A DNA stretch of 64,000 nucleotides, taken from contig JAYVRW010000226.1 in NCBI GenBank assembly GCA_043775925.1, positions 52-64,051 on the forward strand, written 5' to 3'. This document shows, piece after piece, positions 8,999 to 19,924 of this stretch. Source of the DNA: Blastocatellia bacterium. Its GTDB lineage: Bacteria > Acidobacteriota > Blastocatellia > RBC074. Position 1 is the first letter of the stretch, and each line of letters opens with the position of its first letter. The notes under the pieces are model-generated. The model was not told the origin of the DNA. It did not search any database and saw only the letters and a program-made list of their open reading frames with translations. The position numbers and the translations under genes were made by a program.

Positions 8999-11632
8999 AT
9001 GACGAATTCACTCCTTTGCGAAAACCCAAAACGCCGCCGCCAGATTCGGCAACAAAAGAGTATCGGCATTGATTATGTCGAGGTAGAATTATCCGACAAG
9101 CAGGGAAATGCACGACCGCAGGCCGTTCTGCGCGTTTATTTTTTCGGAGATGTTCCGTCTCTCCAAGCCAAAAATATTCTGCTGACAGGCGGGCGCAGAA
9201 TTCTCGGTAAAGAACTTCAAATTTTGCCGCCGCCACCTAAGCCTAAAGAAAAAAAAGAGGAAGTTGACAAGAAAGAGCCTGCTCAAAAGAAAAAAGAATT
9301 TTTTGAAATTTCTATTGCTGGCGTAGGCGATTTCTCAACGTACACGCTTCACTTAGTCGAAGACAACAAGGCAGCAAATATTATACCGCTCGCCAGCCTG
9401 GATCAGCGTTACGCGCAAGCCGATTTTACCTTCAAGGTGGATTGCCCCAGCGACCTTGATTGTGCCGTCCCAGATAATTGTCCGCCTCCACAATTCCCTG
9501 AACCTGTCAGCAATTACTTAGCGAAAGATTATGCTAGTTTTCGCCAATTAATGCTGGATCGGCTGGCGTTGATTATCCCTGATTGGCAGGAACGGCACGT
9601 CCCTGACATCGGCATTACGCTGGTCGAATTATTAGCCTACGCGGGTGATTATCTCAGCTATTATCAGGATGCGGTGGCAACTGAAGCGTACCTTGAAACA
9701 GCACGAGAGCGGATCTCCGTGCGGCGACATGTACGGTTGGTTGATTACCCGATGCACGAGGGTTGCAATGCGCGTGCTTTGGTCTGTGTCGCTACCGAAG
9801 CCAATGAACTCAAGCTTTCCCGGGCGGATTGTTATTTTGTGACCGGACATAATGAGGCTTTGGCCAGCCTTCATCTGTCAGGCTCCGAGCGTGTCTTAAC
9901 GCAACAGGAAATGACAGACGTGCCACGCGGCGTGTCTGAAATTTTCGAGCCGATGCTGGATGAAGTCAAAATTTATCAGGCGCATAACAAAATCAATTTT
10001 TATGCGTGGGGCGATGCGGAATGCTGTTTACTAAGCGGCGCAACTTCTGCGACGTTAGTGGATGAATGGGTTGCCGACAAAAAAGTCGATTACTCGCACG
10101 ATCCCCAACAGCAAGCGGAGGACTGTGAACCGGCAGAACATCCACACAAACAAGAACGAAAATTATACAACTTACACATCGGTGACATCCTCATTTTTGA
10201 AGAAGTGAAAGGCGCCAAGACAGGCTTGCCAGCGGACGCTGATCCCCGTCGCCGACACGCCGTGCGCTTGACTCAAGTGACGCCAGCCATTGATTTTTTA
10301 TACGAACAACCTGTGGTGGAAATTGAATGGGAACGTGCCGATGCGCTGCCGTTTACGCTCTGTCTTTCTGCGCTCGATCCGCACTGCAAATTGATCAAAC
10401 ATATCAGCGTCGCACACGGCAATGTCATGCTCGTAGATCACGGGAAAACTGTGACAGAAAAACTGGACGACGAAGTGCCGCTTCTGCCAGATTCAATTTG
10501 TTGTGAAGACGAAAATGAGCCTGCCGAAATCGTGACGCGAGCCGGGAAATTCTCAGCGAAACTAAAAAAACCGAGGCTCACCTTTCGTCAATCGTTTGCA
10601 CCCGATGAACTTTTACACACTCCCGTGGCCAACTTATTTGCGCAAGCTGTGCGTGGAGCGTTGCCGCAAATTTCGCTGACGGATGCGCTGAAAAATGAAT
10701 GGCTCCCGCGCCGCGATCTGTTGGAAAGCGGCGCTCGTGACATGCATTTCGTGACCGAAATAGACAATGAAAGCCTCGTGCATTTACGTTTTGGCGATGG
10801 CGAATCAGGACGCCAGCCAGAAGCAAAATCTACCTTCACGGCGAGGTATCGGGTAGGTAACGGCAGCATCGGAAATGTTGGCGCTGAAGCAATTTCCCAT
10901 CTTGTTTTTCGAGCCAACAAAATCAGTGGAGCAAATTTACAACCGCGCAATCCATTACCGGCGCAAGGCGGCAGTGATCCTGAAACCTTAGCCGAAGTAA
11001 AATTGCTGGCGCCGCACACCTTTCGCAAAGATTTACAACGGGCAATCACCGCAGATGATTATGCGCGTCTGGCTGAACGCAGTGCCAGCATTCAACGCGC
11101 CGCCGCACGGTTGCGCTGGACGGGCAGTTGGTACGAAGCGCAAGTGACTGTTGACCCGCTTGGCACGGAAGATGATGACGAAAATTTGCGTAGTACAGTT
11201 TCGGGTTCGCTGCATCGGTATCGGCGGATGGGGCACGATTTGTCTGTGCGGCGCGTCCAATATGTGCCGCTGGAAATCGAAATCGAAGTCTGCGTTCAGC
11301 CGCATTATTTACGCGCTCACCTCGAAGCCGAATTGCTTGATCTCTTCAGTACCCGTGTACTGGACAATAAACGACGCGGCTTTTTCCATCCTGACAATTT
11401 GAGCTTTGGCGATGACATTGCGCTTAGTCGTTTAGTCGCGCTCGCGCAATCCGTCGAAGGCGTACAGCACGTCACGATCAATAAATTCCAACGATTATTT
11501 GAACTACAGAATGGAGAAATTGCGAACGGTGTGCTGGCGCTGAATCCATTTGAAATTGCGCAATGTGACAACGATCCAAATTTTCCTGAACACGGCAAAT
11601 TGAAATTGATTATGAAAGGAGGGCGCTCATGA
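8999..11632 (+). CDS. Baseplate J-like / putative baseplate assembly protein (Afp11/gp6-like) with a Lys/Glu-rich insert
   Basis: Large protein directly after gp25, as in eCIS and P2-like tails. Contains a low-complexity PPPPKPKEKKEEVDKKEPAQKKKE linker. Overlaps the next gene by 4 bp. Confidence 0.55.
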   Translation: MTNSLLCENPKRRRQIRQQKSIGIDYVEVELSDKQGNARPQAVLRVYFFGDVPSLQAKNILLTGGRRILGKELQILPPPPKPKEKKEEVDKKEPAQKKKEFFEISIAGVGDFSTYTLHLVEDNKAANIIPLASLDQRYAQADFTFKVDCPSDLDCAVPDNCPPPQFPEPVSNYLAKDYASFRQLMLDRLALIIPDWQERHVPDIGITLVELLAYAGDYLSYYQDAVATEAYLETARERISVRRHVRLVDYPMHEGCNARALVCVATEANELKLSRADCYFVTGHNEALASLHLSGSERVLTQQEMTDVPRGVSEIFEPMLDEVKIYQAHNKINFYAWGDAECCLLSGATSATLVDEWVADKKVDYSHDPQQQAEDCEPAEHPHKQERKLYNLHIGDILIFEEVKGAKTGLPADADPRRRHAVRLTQVTPAIDFLYEQPVVEIEWERADALPFTLCLSALDPHCKLIKHISVAHGNVMLVDHGKTVTEKLDDEVPLLPDSICCEDENEPAEIVTRAGKFSAKLKKPRLTFRQSFAPDELLHTPVANLFAQAVRGALPQISLTDALKNEWLPRRDLLESGARDMHFVTEIDNESLVHLRFGDGESGRQPEAKSTFTARYRVGNGSIGNVGAEAISHLVFRANKISGANLQPRNPLPAQGGSDPETLAEVKLLAPHTFRKDLQRAITADDYARLAERSASIQRAAARLRWTGSWYEAQVTVDPLGTEDDDENLRSTVSGSLHRYRRMGHDLSVRRVQYVPLEIEIEVCVQPHYLRAHLEAELLDLFSTRVLDNKRRGFFHPDNLSFGDDIALSRLVALAQSVEGVQHVTINKFQRLFELQNGEIANGVLALNPFEIAQCDNDPNFPEHGKLKLIMKGGRS

Positions 11633-14391
11633 GCCATTCAGAATGTGCAGGCTGTCATTCATCTTTACCTTGTAATTGTTGTGTTGGCGCAGAAATTCTG
11701 ACGCCACAACCCATCGTCAATCGCCCTGGCTTAAGTGCGCTCAAATATCGGGCGGGGACGCACGGTTCTTTTCTGGCGACGATGCAGGCGCGGTTGGCGA
11801 GCAGTGATTTTCCGATGTTACGCGGACTCACCACCCGCGCCGCGAATGATCCGGCGATGGCGATGCTGGATGCGTGGGCGACAGTCGCGGACGTGCTGAC
11901 GTTTTATCAGGAGCGGATCGCTAACGAAGGCTATTTGCGCACTGCGACAGAACGGCGTTCAGTGTTGGAATTGGCGCATTTGGTTGGCTACGCCTTGCGC
12001 CCCGGCGTCGCATCAAGTGTTTACCTGGCCTACACGGTTGACGATAACCAAACGGAACCCGTAGCCATTCCCGCCGGCGCACGTGCGCAAAGCATCCCTG
12101 CGCCCGGCGAATTACCACAATCCTTCGAGACCGGCGAAAAATTCGTGGCTCGTCGGGAGTGGAATAATTTGCAGCCGCGTATGACGCAGCCGCAGGTGAT
12201 TACGTTTGATAATGTTAATACGCTCGAACGAATTTATTTTGAAGGGATTAGTACGAACCTCAAGCCGAATGATTTACTACTATTCGTTTTCAAGGATGAG
12301 AAGGTAAAACGAAATGTTCATGAAGTGAAAGTTTTATTTACCGAAAATAAAACAGAAGTATGGTTGCAAAGCGCCGCGAACCATAACCAGAAGAAGTCGC
12401 GTACTTCTATTGGTAAAATTATAAATTCACTTCAACATACGCTTATATTGCAGCCAAGAAATAAATACTTTCTTGCCCGTGATGAAAAAAAACTCTTTGC
12501 CAAAAGAGGCGACGTGAAATCACAATTAATTACCAATATCTTCTCTCAATTGGATTCGCAAACGTACTATCGGGCGCTGGCGAATGCGGCATTGAACCCA
12601 AAAGAAGGAGAACTGCAATCCGTTCATGTCTTTCGCCAGTCAGCGGCGCTATTTGGCTACAACGCGCCTCTTGAAGTGAGCTTTGACAATGGGAAGAGTG
12701 TTAAGATGCCGGAATGGACACTGGCAGATGATGAAGCAGTTGGCAATCTGTTTCTTGAAAGCCCAAACGAAAATATCTTGAAAGATAGCTACGTGGCTAT
12801 TGTAGATGAGGTCTTTAAGGTTTCGTCTGCCATGACAAAACCGCGAAGCGCTTATAATGTAATTGCAAAAACTACAGAGATAACACTGCTGAATGATACA
12901 TGGCGGAAGGTTCCTGATCCTAAGCCTGATATTTCACTAATTCGTCAAACCATAGTTCATCTTCAAAGTGAAGAATTGAAACTTGCCGAAGAACCAATCA
13001 TTGAAGATATTTCAAGCAGCACGATTAAATTAGGCGCGCTTTACAACGGCTTACAAGCTGGGCATTGGGTAATTGTTAATGGAGAGCGAACAGACATCTT
13101 AGGTGTGAAAGGCATAAAGGCGAGTGAATTAGTTATGATTGCCTCCGCCAGGCAGGAATTCAATAAAAAATTGCCTGGCGATAAAGTACTAACGACAATC
13201 CTACTGGCAGAAAAACTTACTTACACCTACAAACGCGACACCGTCACCATTTATGGCAACATCGTCAAAGCCACGCACGGCGAGACGCGCATTGAAGTTT
13301 TGGGCAGTGGTGATGGCAGCAAGGTGTTTCAGAAATTTGATCTGCGGCAGGCTCCGTTGACGTATTTGCCTGCGCCTACTACCGCCGGAGCCGCCAGCAC
13401 GCTGACGTTGTTCGTCAATGAAGTCAAATGGCACGAAGCCGATGCGCTGGCAGGTTTGTCTAATACAGCGCACAATTTTATCACGCAAACCGATGACGAA
13501 GGCAAAACATCGGCCATTTTCGGCGATGGTAAACAGGGGGCGCGATTGTCTTCAGGGCGCGAAAACATTAAGGCTGTCTATCGCTCCGGTATCGGCAAAG
13601 CGGGCAATGTCAAAGCCGAGCAAATCAGTTTGCTCTCCACTAGACCGCTGGGCGTCAAAGGTGTCATCAATCCGTTGCGCGCTTCGGGTGGCGCAGACAA
13701 AGAATCGCGAGATCTGGCGCGGCGCAATGCACCATTGGCTGTCCTGCCGTTGGATCGTTTGGTCTCCGTCAAAGACTACGAAGATTTTACGCGCCTGTAT
13801 GCAGGAATTGGCAAAGCCAGCGCCCAAAAGCTTTCTGATGGGCAACGGCAATTGGTACACGTGAGTATCGCGGGGGTAGACGATGTTCCGATTGACGCCA
13901 GTTCTGATCTGTATCGCAATTTGCAAAAAGCCTTGCACGAATCGGGCGATCCACATTTGCAAATTCAACTGGAAGTTCGTGAGTTGATGTTGTTAGTAAT
14001 TGCCGCCAACATCACGATTCACCCTGATTATCAATGGGAAATTGTCGCGCAGAAGATACGTGCAGTGATGCTGGATACCTTCAGTTTTGCGCGGCGTGAA
14101 CTGGGTCAAAGCGTATACCTTAGTGAGGTGATTAGCACCATGCAAAATATCGCAGGCGTAGAGTCTGTAGACGTAGATTTATTGCAAGGTATTTCGGAAG
14201 AGGATGTCAAAGACGCGGCTAAACTGAAAACAAAATTAAGCGAAATTACGGCGACGACAACCCCCTTGCAACAAATCCCTGTGCGGTTGGCGGCGTTAGA
14301 TCAATCCGCCATCAAGCCCGCGCAAATTGCCTTTCTCAGTCCGCAAATTCCTGACACGCTCATTCTTAACTTACGGAGTTCGCAGCCATGA
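11629..14391 (+). CDS. Second large baseplate protein (Afp12/gp7-like candidate) with a Cys-rich N-terminus
   Basis: 920-aa ORF translationally coupled on both sides. N-terminus is MSHSECAGCHSSLPCNCC. Its position is typical of the second large baseplate subunit. Confidence 0.45.
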   Translation: MSHSECAGCHSSLPCNCCVGAEILTPQPIVNRPGLSALKYRAGTHGSFLATMQARLASSDFPMLRGLTTRAANDPAMAMLDAWATVADVLTFYQERIANEGYLRTATERRSVLELAHLVGYALRPGVASSVYLAYTVDDNQTEPVAIPAGARAQSIPAPGELPQSFETGEKFVARREWNNLQPRMTQPQVITFDNVNTLERIYFEGISTNLKPNDLLLFVFKDEKVKRNVHEVKVLFTENKTEVWLQSAANHNQKKSRTSIGKIINSLQHTLILQPRNKYFLARDEKKLFAKRGDVKSQLITNIFSQLDSQTYYRALANAALNPKEGELQSVHVFRQSAALFGYNAPLEVSFDNGKSVKMPEWTLADDEAVGNLFLESPNENILKDSYVAIVDEVFKVSSAMTKPRSAYNVIAKTTEITLLNDTWRKVPDPKPDISLIRQTIVHLQSEELKLAEEPIIEDISSSTIKLGALYNGLQAGHWVIVNGERTDILGVKGIKASELVMIASARQEFNKKLPGDKVLTTILLAEKLTYTYKRDTVTIYGNIVKATHGETRIEVLGSGDGSKVFQKFDLRQAPLTYLPAPTTAGAASTLTLFVNEVKWHEADALAGLSNTAHNFITQTDDEGKTSAIFGDGKQGARLSSGRENIKAVYRSGIGKAGNVKAEQISLLSTRPLGVKGVINPLRASGGADKESRDLARRNAPLAVLPLDRLVSVKDYEDFTRLYAGIGKASAQKLSDGQRQLVHVSIAGVDDVPIDASSDLYRNLQKALHESGDPHLQIQLEVRELMLLVIAANITIHPDYQWEIVAQKIRAVMLDTFSFARRELGQSVYLSEVISTMQNIAGVESVDVDLLQGISEEDVKDAAKLKTKLSEITATTTPLQQIPVRLAALDQSAIKPAQIAFLSPQIPDTLILNLRSSQP

Positions 14392-16664
14392 ACAATGACC
14401 GTTTATACAATTTGTTGCCGGAGATTCATCGCCAGCGCGACGCTGTAGGAGGTTATCCACTGCAAGCGTTATTGCGCATCATCAGCGAACAGGTCAACGT
14501 GGTCGAAGCCGACATCGCGCAGCTCTACGACAACTGGTTTATTGAAACTGCGCAGGATTGGGCGGTGCCATACCTGGGTGATTTGATCGGTCATGAACTG
14601 GTTCACGAGGCGGGCAGCCCGGGTGATGTGGCTACGGCGGAAGGCCAACAGCGCAATAAAATTTTGATGCCGCGCCGCGAAATTGCGAACACGATTCGCG
14701 CGCGCCGTCGCAAAGGCACATTGGCTTTACTTGAAGAACTCGCGTGCGACATCGCCGGATGGCCGGGGCGCGCCGTAGAATTTTATCAGTTGTTAGCCTG
14801 GACACAGCACCTCAATCATTTGCGATTGGCACGTGGGCGGACGGTAGATTTACGCAATGGCGACGCCTTAGATCGCATTGATGGTCGCTGGGGTGAAGTC
14901 ACAGAAACGACCTTGCCCGATGCGCTCAGTGATCTGGTGTATGCGATCAAACAAGGAGCTTTTGATGAATTGGCACATACGGTTGATGTGCGCCGCATCA
15001 ATTCGCGCCTTGAAAAGGGCAATTTCAATATCTCCAGCGTTGGGCTTTTTCTCTGTCGCTTGCCAACCTATTCGGTGACAAAAACTTCAGCGTATTGTCT
15101 GGATAACCGACCGCATTGTTACAGGTTCAGTATCCTGGGCAACGACGAGCCGCTTTACAATTTGCCACAGCCGGAAACTGATCCGACGCACATTGCCGAA
15201 GAGATAAATTTGCCCACGCCAATTCGTCGCCGTGCGTTTGCTGAAAAAAATGAAGCCAATCAATTCCAGGCTTCCAGCCAATTTTATGGCGCGGGGAAAA
15301 GCCTCGTGATTTACGCGCAGGATTGGCCGAAGAAAGGCGAAGGCATGCCAGTTGCAGCCGCTCAGATTATTCCGGCGGATTTAAGTAACTGGCATTATCG
15401 CGTACCCGAAAAAAATTACATTGCGGTTGATCCTGAGCTTGGACGGTTCATTTTTCCGGTGCGGCAATTGCCAAAAAAAGAAGTGCGCGTCTCCTATCGT
15501 TATGCGTTCAGCGCAGACATCGGCGGCGGCGAATACGACCGACCGATTTTGCATCGCCCTGCGTTGCCAACGAAGGAAAACGATGCGTCAAAGACGGAGC
15601 TATATCGAGTCGGTAAAAACGCCAAATATCCATACCATTCAATTACTAAAGCCCTGGAACAATGGGCTAAAGATAAACCGCAGGACGCCATCATCGAAAT
15701 TGCTGACAGCCGTGATTACACCGAACAATTGGAAATCAATCTTGGTACGAAACAGCGTCTGCAATTACGTGCGGCGAATCGTTGTCGCCCGGTGTTGCGC
15801 ATTTTGAACGTGCGGACATCGTTGCAAGATGCGCTGATTGTGACGGGCAAAGATGGTAGTCATTTCACCCTTGATGGATTGATGATTGCCGGGCGCGGCA
15901 TCCAAATCAGCGCGGGTGAATATACAGAACATACAAACGAAGGACTCGCCGTCGTCACGATCCGCCATTCGACGTTAGTGCCGGGCTGGGATTTGGAACC
16001 CGATTGCCAGCCGGCTCATCCTGAAGAAGCCAGTGTAACGATTAGCAATACGACAGCGCGGGTCAACATCGAACACAGTATTCTCGGCTCAATTTTTATC
16101 AGCGAGGATGCTGACAAAGCCGAACCGGTTCAGCTTTGTATTACGGACAGCATTATTGATTCGACCAGTCCAAAGGAAGATGCTATCCGAACGCCGGAAG
16201 GCTGCGTCGCGCATGCAGTTCTGACCATTAAACGCAGCACCGTCATGGGCGATATTTGCGTCCACGCCATTCATCTGGCTGAAAATTGTATCTTTAACGG
16301 CAAGGTCAATGTCGCGCATCGCCAAATTGGTTGTGTCCGTTTTTGTTATGTGCCGTCCGATTCGCGTACGCCGCGCCGCTTCAATTGTCAGCCGGATTTG
16401 GTAGTTAAAAATGCGCTGAAAGCAGACAAGGAGCGCGAGGCAATGCGCATCCAACCGAGGTTTAATAGCACGCGCTACGGCAGACCGGATTATTGCCAGC
16501 TTGCGTTGACCTGCGCCGCCGAAATCACGCGCGGTGCTGACGACGAATCCGAAATGGGAGCTTTTCACGATTTATTTCAGCCGCAAAGAACCGCCAATCT
16601 ACGCGCCCGCCTGGACGAATTCACGCCCGCCGGCATGGAAGCAGGCATCATCTTTGTCAACTAA
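14388..16664 (+). CDS. Phage tail protein I (P2 gpI)-like baseplate/fibre-attachment protein
   Basis: N-terminal LYNLLPEIHRQRD...ALLRIISEQ...WFIETAQDWAVPYLGDLIG resembles the Tail_P2_I family. Confidence 0.5.
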   Translation: MNNDRLYNLLPEIHRQRDAVGGYPLQALLRIISEQVNVVEADIAQLYDNWFIETAQDWAVPYLGDLIGHELVHEAGSPGDVATAEGQQRNKILMPRREIANTIRARRRKGTLALLEELACDIAGWPGRAVEFYQLLAWTQHLNHLRLARGRTVDLRNGDALDRIDGRWGEVTETTLPDALSDLVYAIKQGAFDELAHTVDVRRINSRLEKGNFNISSVGLFLCRLPTYSVTKTSAYCLDNRPHCYRFSILGNDEPLYNLPQPETDPTHIAEEINLPTPIRRRAFAEKNEANQFQASSQFYGAGKSLVIYAQDWPKKGEGMPVAAAQIIPADLSNWHYRVPEKNYIAVDPELGRFIFPVRQLPKKEVRVSYRYAFSADIGGGEYDRPILHRPALPTKENDASKTELYRVGKNAKYPYHSITKALEQWAKDKPQDAIIEIADSRDYTEQLEINLGTKQRLQLRAANRCRPVLRILNVRTSLQDALIVTGKDGSHFTLDGLMIAGRGIQISAGEYTEHTNEGLAVVTIRHSTLVPGWDLEPDCQPAHPEEASVTISNTTARVNIEHSILGSIFISEDADKAEPVQLCITDSIIDSTSPKEDAIRTPEGCVAHAVLTIKRSTVMGDICVHAIHLAENCIFNGKVNVAHRQIGCVRFCYVPSDSRTPRRFNCQPDLVVKNALKADKEREAMRIQPRFNSTRYGRPDYCQLALTCAAEITRGADDESEMGAFHDLFQPQRTANLRARLDEFTPAGMEAGIIFVN

Positions 16665-16679
16665 CCGGAAAGGAATTTT

Positions 16680-18035
16680 ATGCAAGGCGATTTTACCCGC
16701 AACACCTTTGATCCACTCAAACATTTCACCCGTGTCCTGATGCAGCAGGGGCGTGTGCAACTGGACGCCGATTGGAATGAACAGACGGCAATCTTACTAA
16801 ATTATTTACAAGCACTGGCAAAGGATTTGATTGGCGCACATGGTGGTGAGGCCGGAGCCTTTTTGCTTGGCGCACCAACTGACGAAAATGGCAAATTTAA
16901 AATTCCGGTTGGGGCGGGGCATTATTATGTGGATGGTTTACTTTGTGAAAATGACTTGGGGAAATCTATTACTGTAGAAAAAGGGAAAAGTGCGCTGGTT
17001 TATCTGGATGTGTGGGAACGCCACGTCACCTACGTCGAAACCGCGCCTGTACCCTTCGACCAGACAATTCCCAACATTCGTGAAGTCGCGCTGGGCGGCC
17101 CTGATACTGCTACGCGGGCGCAATTGGTGTGGCAGCTTAAACTAAAAAATCTTGATGAATCAGGCCTCAAGTCCTTTAATGACCTCTTAAAAACATTTAA
17201 GAGCGCAAAGGACGATGATTCAAGAAGATCGTCAAGAAGTGCCATTGAAGAATTCTTTAAAACAAGAAACCCGAAAAGTGAAGCGCAGCTCGCAGCTCGT
17301 GTCGAACCAACAACATCAACAGAGCCTTGTAATATCACGCCTGATGCGCGGTATCGCGGCGCAGAAAATCAACTCTATCGCGTCGAAATGCATAAGGAAG
17401 GTCACGCAGGAACCGCTACGTTTAAATGGTCGCGCGCGAATGGTTCGGCGATCTTTCCGATTCTTTCCAGCACAGCTACCAGCGTCACACTTGCGCATCT
17501 TGGGCGTGACGACAGATACGGGATCAGCCATGACGATTGGGTTGAATATGTAGATGACGATATTTCGTTGTTACAAACAGCGAATCTTTTGTGGCAAGTA
17601 GACTCCATTGATTCTGCGGCAATGTCTGTAAAATTAACAGGAACAGGCAGCCTCAAAGTGAATGCTGATAAACATCCATACTTACGACGGTGGGATCAGG
17701 CGGAAAGCCTGGTAGAAGAAGCCATTTTGCCGACAGCAACTGATCCTAAGGGAAATGAAAAATGGCAAACTTTGGAAAATGGCGTACAAATTCAGTTTCA
17801 GCCAGCCGCTGCCGGTCTGCAAAATTTCTATCGCACTGGCGATTATTGGTTGATTCCTGCCCGCACCATGACTGGCAATATTGAATGGCCGAAAGAAAAT
17901 GGGCAGCCCGTGGCCTTACTGTCGCAAGGGATTAAGCATCATTATGCGCTATTGGCGGCGTTCGGGACAGATGGCACAGTTGCCACCGATCTCCGCATGA
18001 TAATTGCGCCGATAGCGCAACCGGCGAAGCCGTGA
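16680..18035 (+). CDS. Conserved hypothetical protein that typically terminates contractile-tail baseplate clusters
   Basis: The N-terminus MQGDFTRNTFDPLKHFTRVLMQQGRVQLDADWNEQ is a strongly conserved motif I recognise from eCIS-type loci. Function unknown. Confidence 0.45.
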   Translation: MQGDFTRNTFDPLKHFTRVLMQQGRVQLDADWNEQTAILLNYLQALAKDLIGAHGGEAGAFLLGAPTDENGKFKIPVGAGHYYVDGLLCENDLGKSITVEKGKSALVYLDVWERHVTYVETAPVPFDQTIPNIREVALGGPDTATRAQLVWQLKLKNLDESGLKSFNDLLKTFKSAKDDDSRRSSRSAIEEFFKTRNPKSEAQLAARVEPTTSTEPCNITPDARYRGAENQLYRVEMHKEGHAGTATFKWSRANGSAIFPILSSTATSVTLAHLGRDDRYGISHDDWVEYVDDDISLLQTANLLWQVDSIDSAAMSVKLTGTGSLKVNADKHPYLRRWDQAESLVEEAILPTATDPKGNEKWQTLENGVQIQFQPAAAGLQNFYRTGDYWLIPARTMTGNIEWPKENGQPVALLSQGIKHHYALLAAFGTDGTVATDLRMIIAPIAQPAKP

Positions 18036-18092
18036 GTATCGAGAAGTATTGGAAGCGCTTCGCAATTTACCGATACAGCATAAAACCTAACC

Positions 18093-18112
18093 GCTCTACT
18101 TTTGAGTAGAGC
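18093..18112. other. Perfect 8-bp stem / 4-nt loop hairpin (GCTCTACT-TTTG-AGTAGAGC) in the intergenic region after the baseplate operon
   Basis: Read directly from the sequence. There is no clean U-tract on the + strand. Confidence 0.4.
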
Positions 18113-18395
18113 AACTCAAGATCAAAGGAGCCATCTATGCGATGTGTCAGCTCTCCCGCCGTCGTTCGCCCTTTCAGCCGTTCATCCACTAGCACAGGAT
18201 CAAATTTCGTCAGCTCCATCAGTTCGTTTTTGCTTTTCATCTGTGAGTCTTTTCCTTTCGGTCAGTTTCTCACTTACACATAATTCCCCATACTCTCCGC
18301 GCGTAGTAGCAAACTCATTTGCTCCCAGAACTAAGCGGATGAATTCGCTACTACGTGTGCCTTAATTCGATGCCATTGTTCCTTAAGGCGCTATG

Positions 18396-19622
18396 TTAGT
18401 TGCCTTCTGGTGTTGATGCGGGCGCGATAGTCGTCGTACTCGTGCAGGGCGTAACCAGAATCGAACTCGTCGTGCTGCAACCGCTGGCCGATGTGATCGT
18501 CACGGTCAGAATACTAGCCCCGGTTGTTTTCCACAGGACATTGACGCTGCTGCCGGTAGTCGAGGAAGTGATCGTGCCGTTGGAGACTGACCAGCTATAA
18601 GTGAAGCCCATGTCCTTCACCGAATACGAAGTATTGAGGTTGCACTTCGTCGTGGGGCCGTGGATCGCCAGCGCCGGAGGCAGCGGGTTCACCGTCACGG
18701 GCTTCGTGATGCAGGCCGTACCGCCGTTGATAACTGTACGTTGTAGGTGCCTGCGGTCATATAGGTGTGGGTCAGGTTCTGATCCGTCGCGGTTGTGCCA
18801 TCGCCCAAATTCCATTGCCAGGAATTGACCGTCCCGCCCGAAGTCACGCCGGAGAAAGAGGTGGCTGTTCCTTGACAGACCGTCGTGGCCCTGAATTCAG
18901 CCGCCGTCACGATGTCTTTGGCGGGGATGCGGAAGATCAGGAATTCCTTGTGGCCATTGCCTCCTAGCGGGCTCTCGGTGAAGGCATCATATTGGCTTGG
19001 ATCTAAACCACATCCATTTCGCTGCGCTGTCAATCCCCGCCACTTGCGCGAAGTTGCCTGCGCTGCTGGCATTCGTCTCGCCAATAGCCAGGCTGAAGCC
19101 GTTATTATTGAGTTTACGCCACCCCCAGCTCGATGCATACTTATCGCCACAGTAGCAATTGGCAGCCTCAATCTGTTGGTTAATCAGGAAAAGCGATGGT
19201 CCTTTGGGGAACACACTGGCTGGGAGAATATTGATATGGACTCCCGTCGCATAGACCTCCCAATTGCCAGACCCCGTGTAGATGGGCGGGAGGGTGCCAT
19301 TCTTGAATTGTCCGAGTACGCCCTGATGATAAAAAACGTCACTCCAAGCCACGATGTATAAATAGTCAGTGATCGCGGGGGAGACTGTATATTTTTCTGC
19401 GCCGGTGTTAGCACTCGTGATGTCTACAGAAGTCAGATTCTCAATGCCACCATAATATTGGCCTGCGAGAATCTCCTTGTTTGTGCCATAACCGAAGCCA
19501 TAGGCATTGTCCGCTGTGATGACTGCGGTTACTTGTGCTTGCGCCGTTACTCCAATCAGTAGCGACAGGATGGCAAGCGCGATTGCCAGGGTACTGTTGT
19601 TGCGTAGATGTTGTGACATAGA
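18396..19622 (-). pseudogene. Frameshifted gene for a secreted PKD-domain protein
   Basis: Three overlapping - strand ORFs in different frames (18396-18815, 18695-19171, 18987-19703). Signal peptide MSQHLRNNSTLAIALAILSLLIGVTAQA with an AAAGGAG ribosome-binding site. PKD-like WNLGDGTTATDQNLTHTY..GTYNV segments. Confidence 0.55.
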
Positions 19623-19924
19623 ATTCTCCTTTAGTTTCTGTTTTATCAAATTGTTGATCGAAGCCCCCGCCGCTCCAAGTCCGCGCCCATCGTTGCGCGG
19701 CACTCAGTAATGGGTCGAAGCCTTTTCTCGTGCTCACCTTAGTAAGCGAGATGTCTAAGAAATCCGTATCATCAGAAAGTAGATTTTTTCCGGCTTTGGG
19801 CGTGCACCCGCACCCCTGTTGCCTGCTCTGCTTTAGTGGTTGATCTCAGAGTGAGATAGCTGACGTTTTAATTGAATTGGCTAAGGGGAAGGTTTACGGT
19901 CTTTCAATCGCCCCAATGTCGTTG

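Noticed and set aside
18102-18365. 87-aa + strand ORF
   Set aside because: Low-complexity Ser/Leu-rich translation of an intergenic region with no start context.
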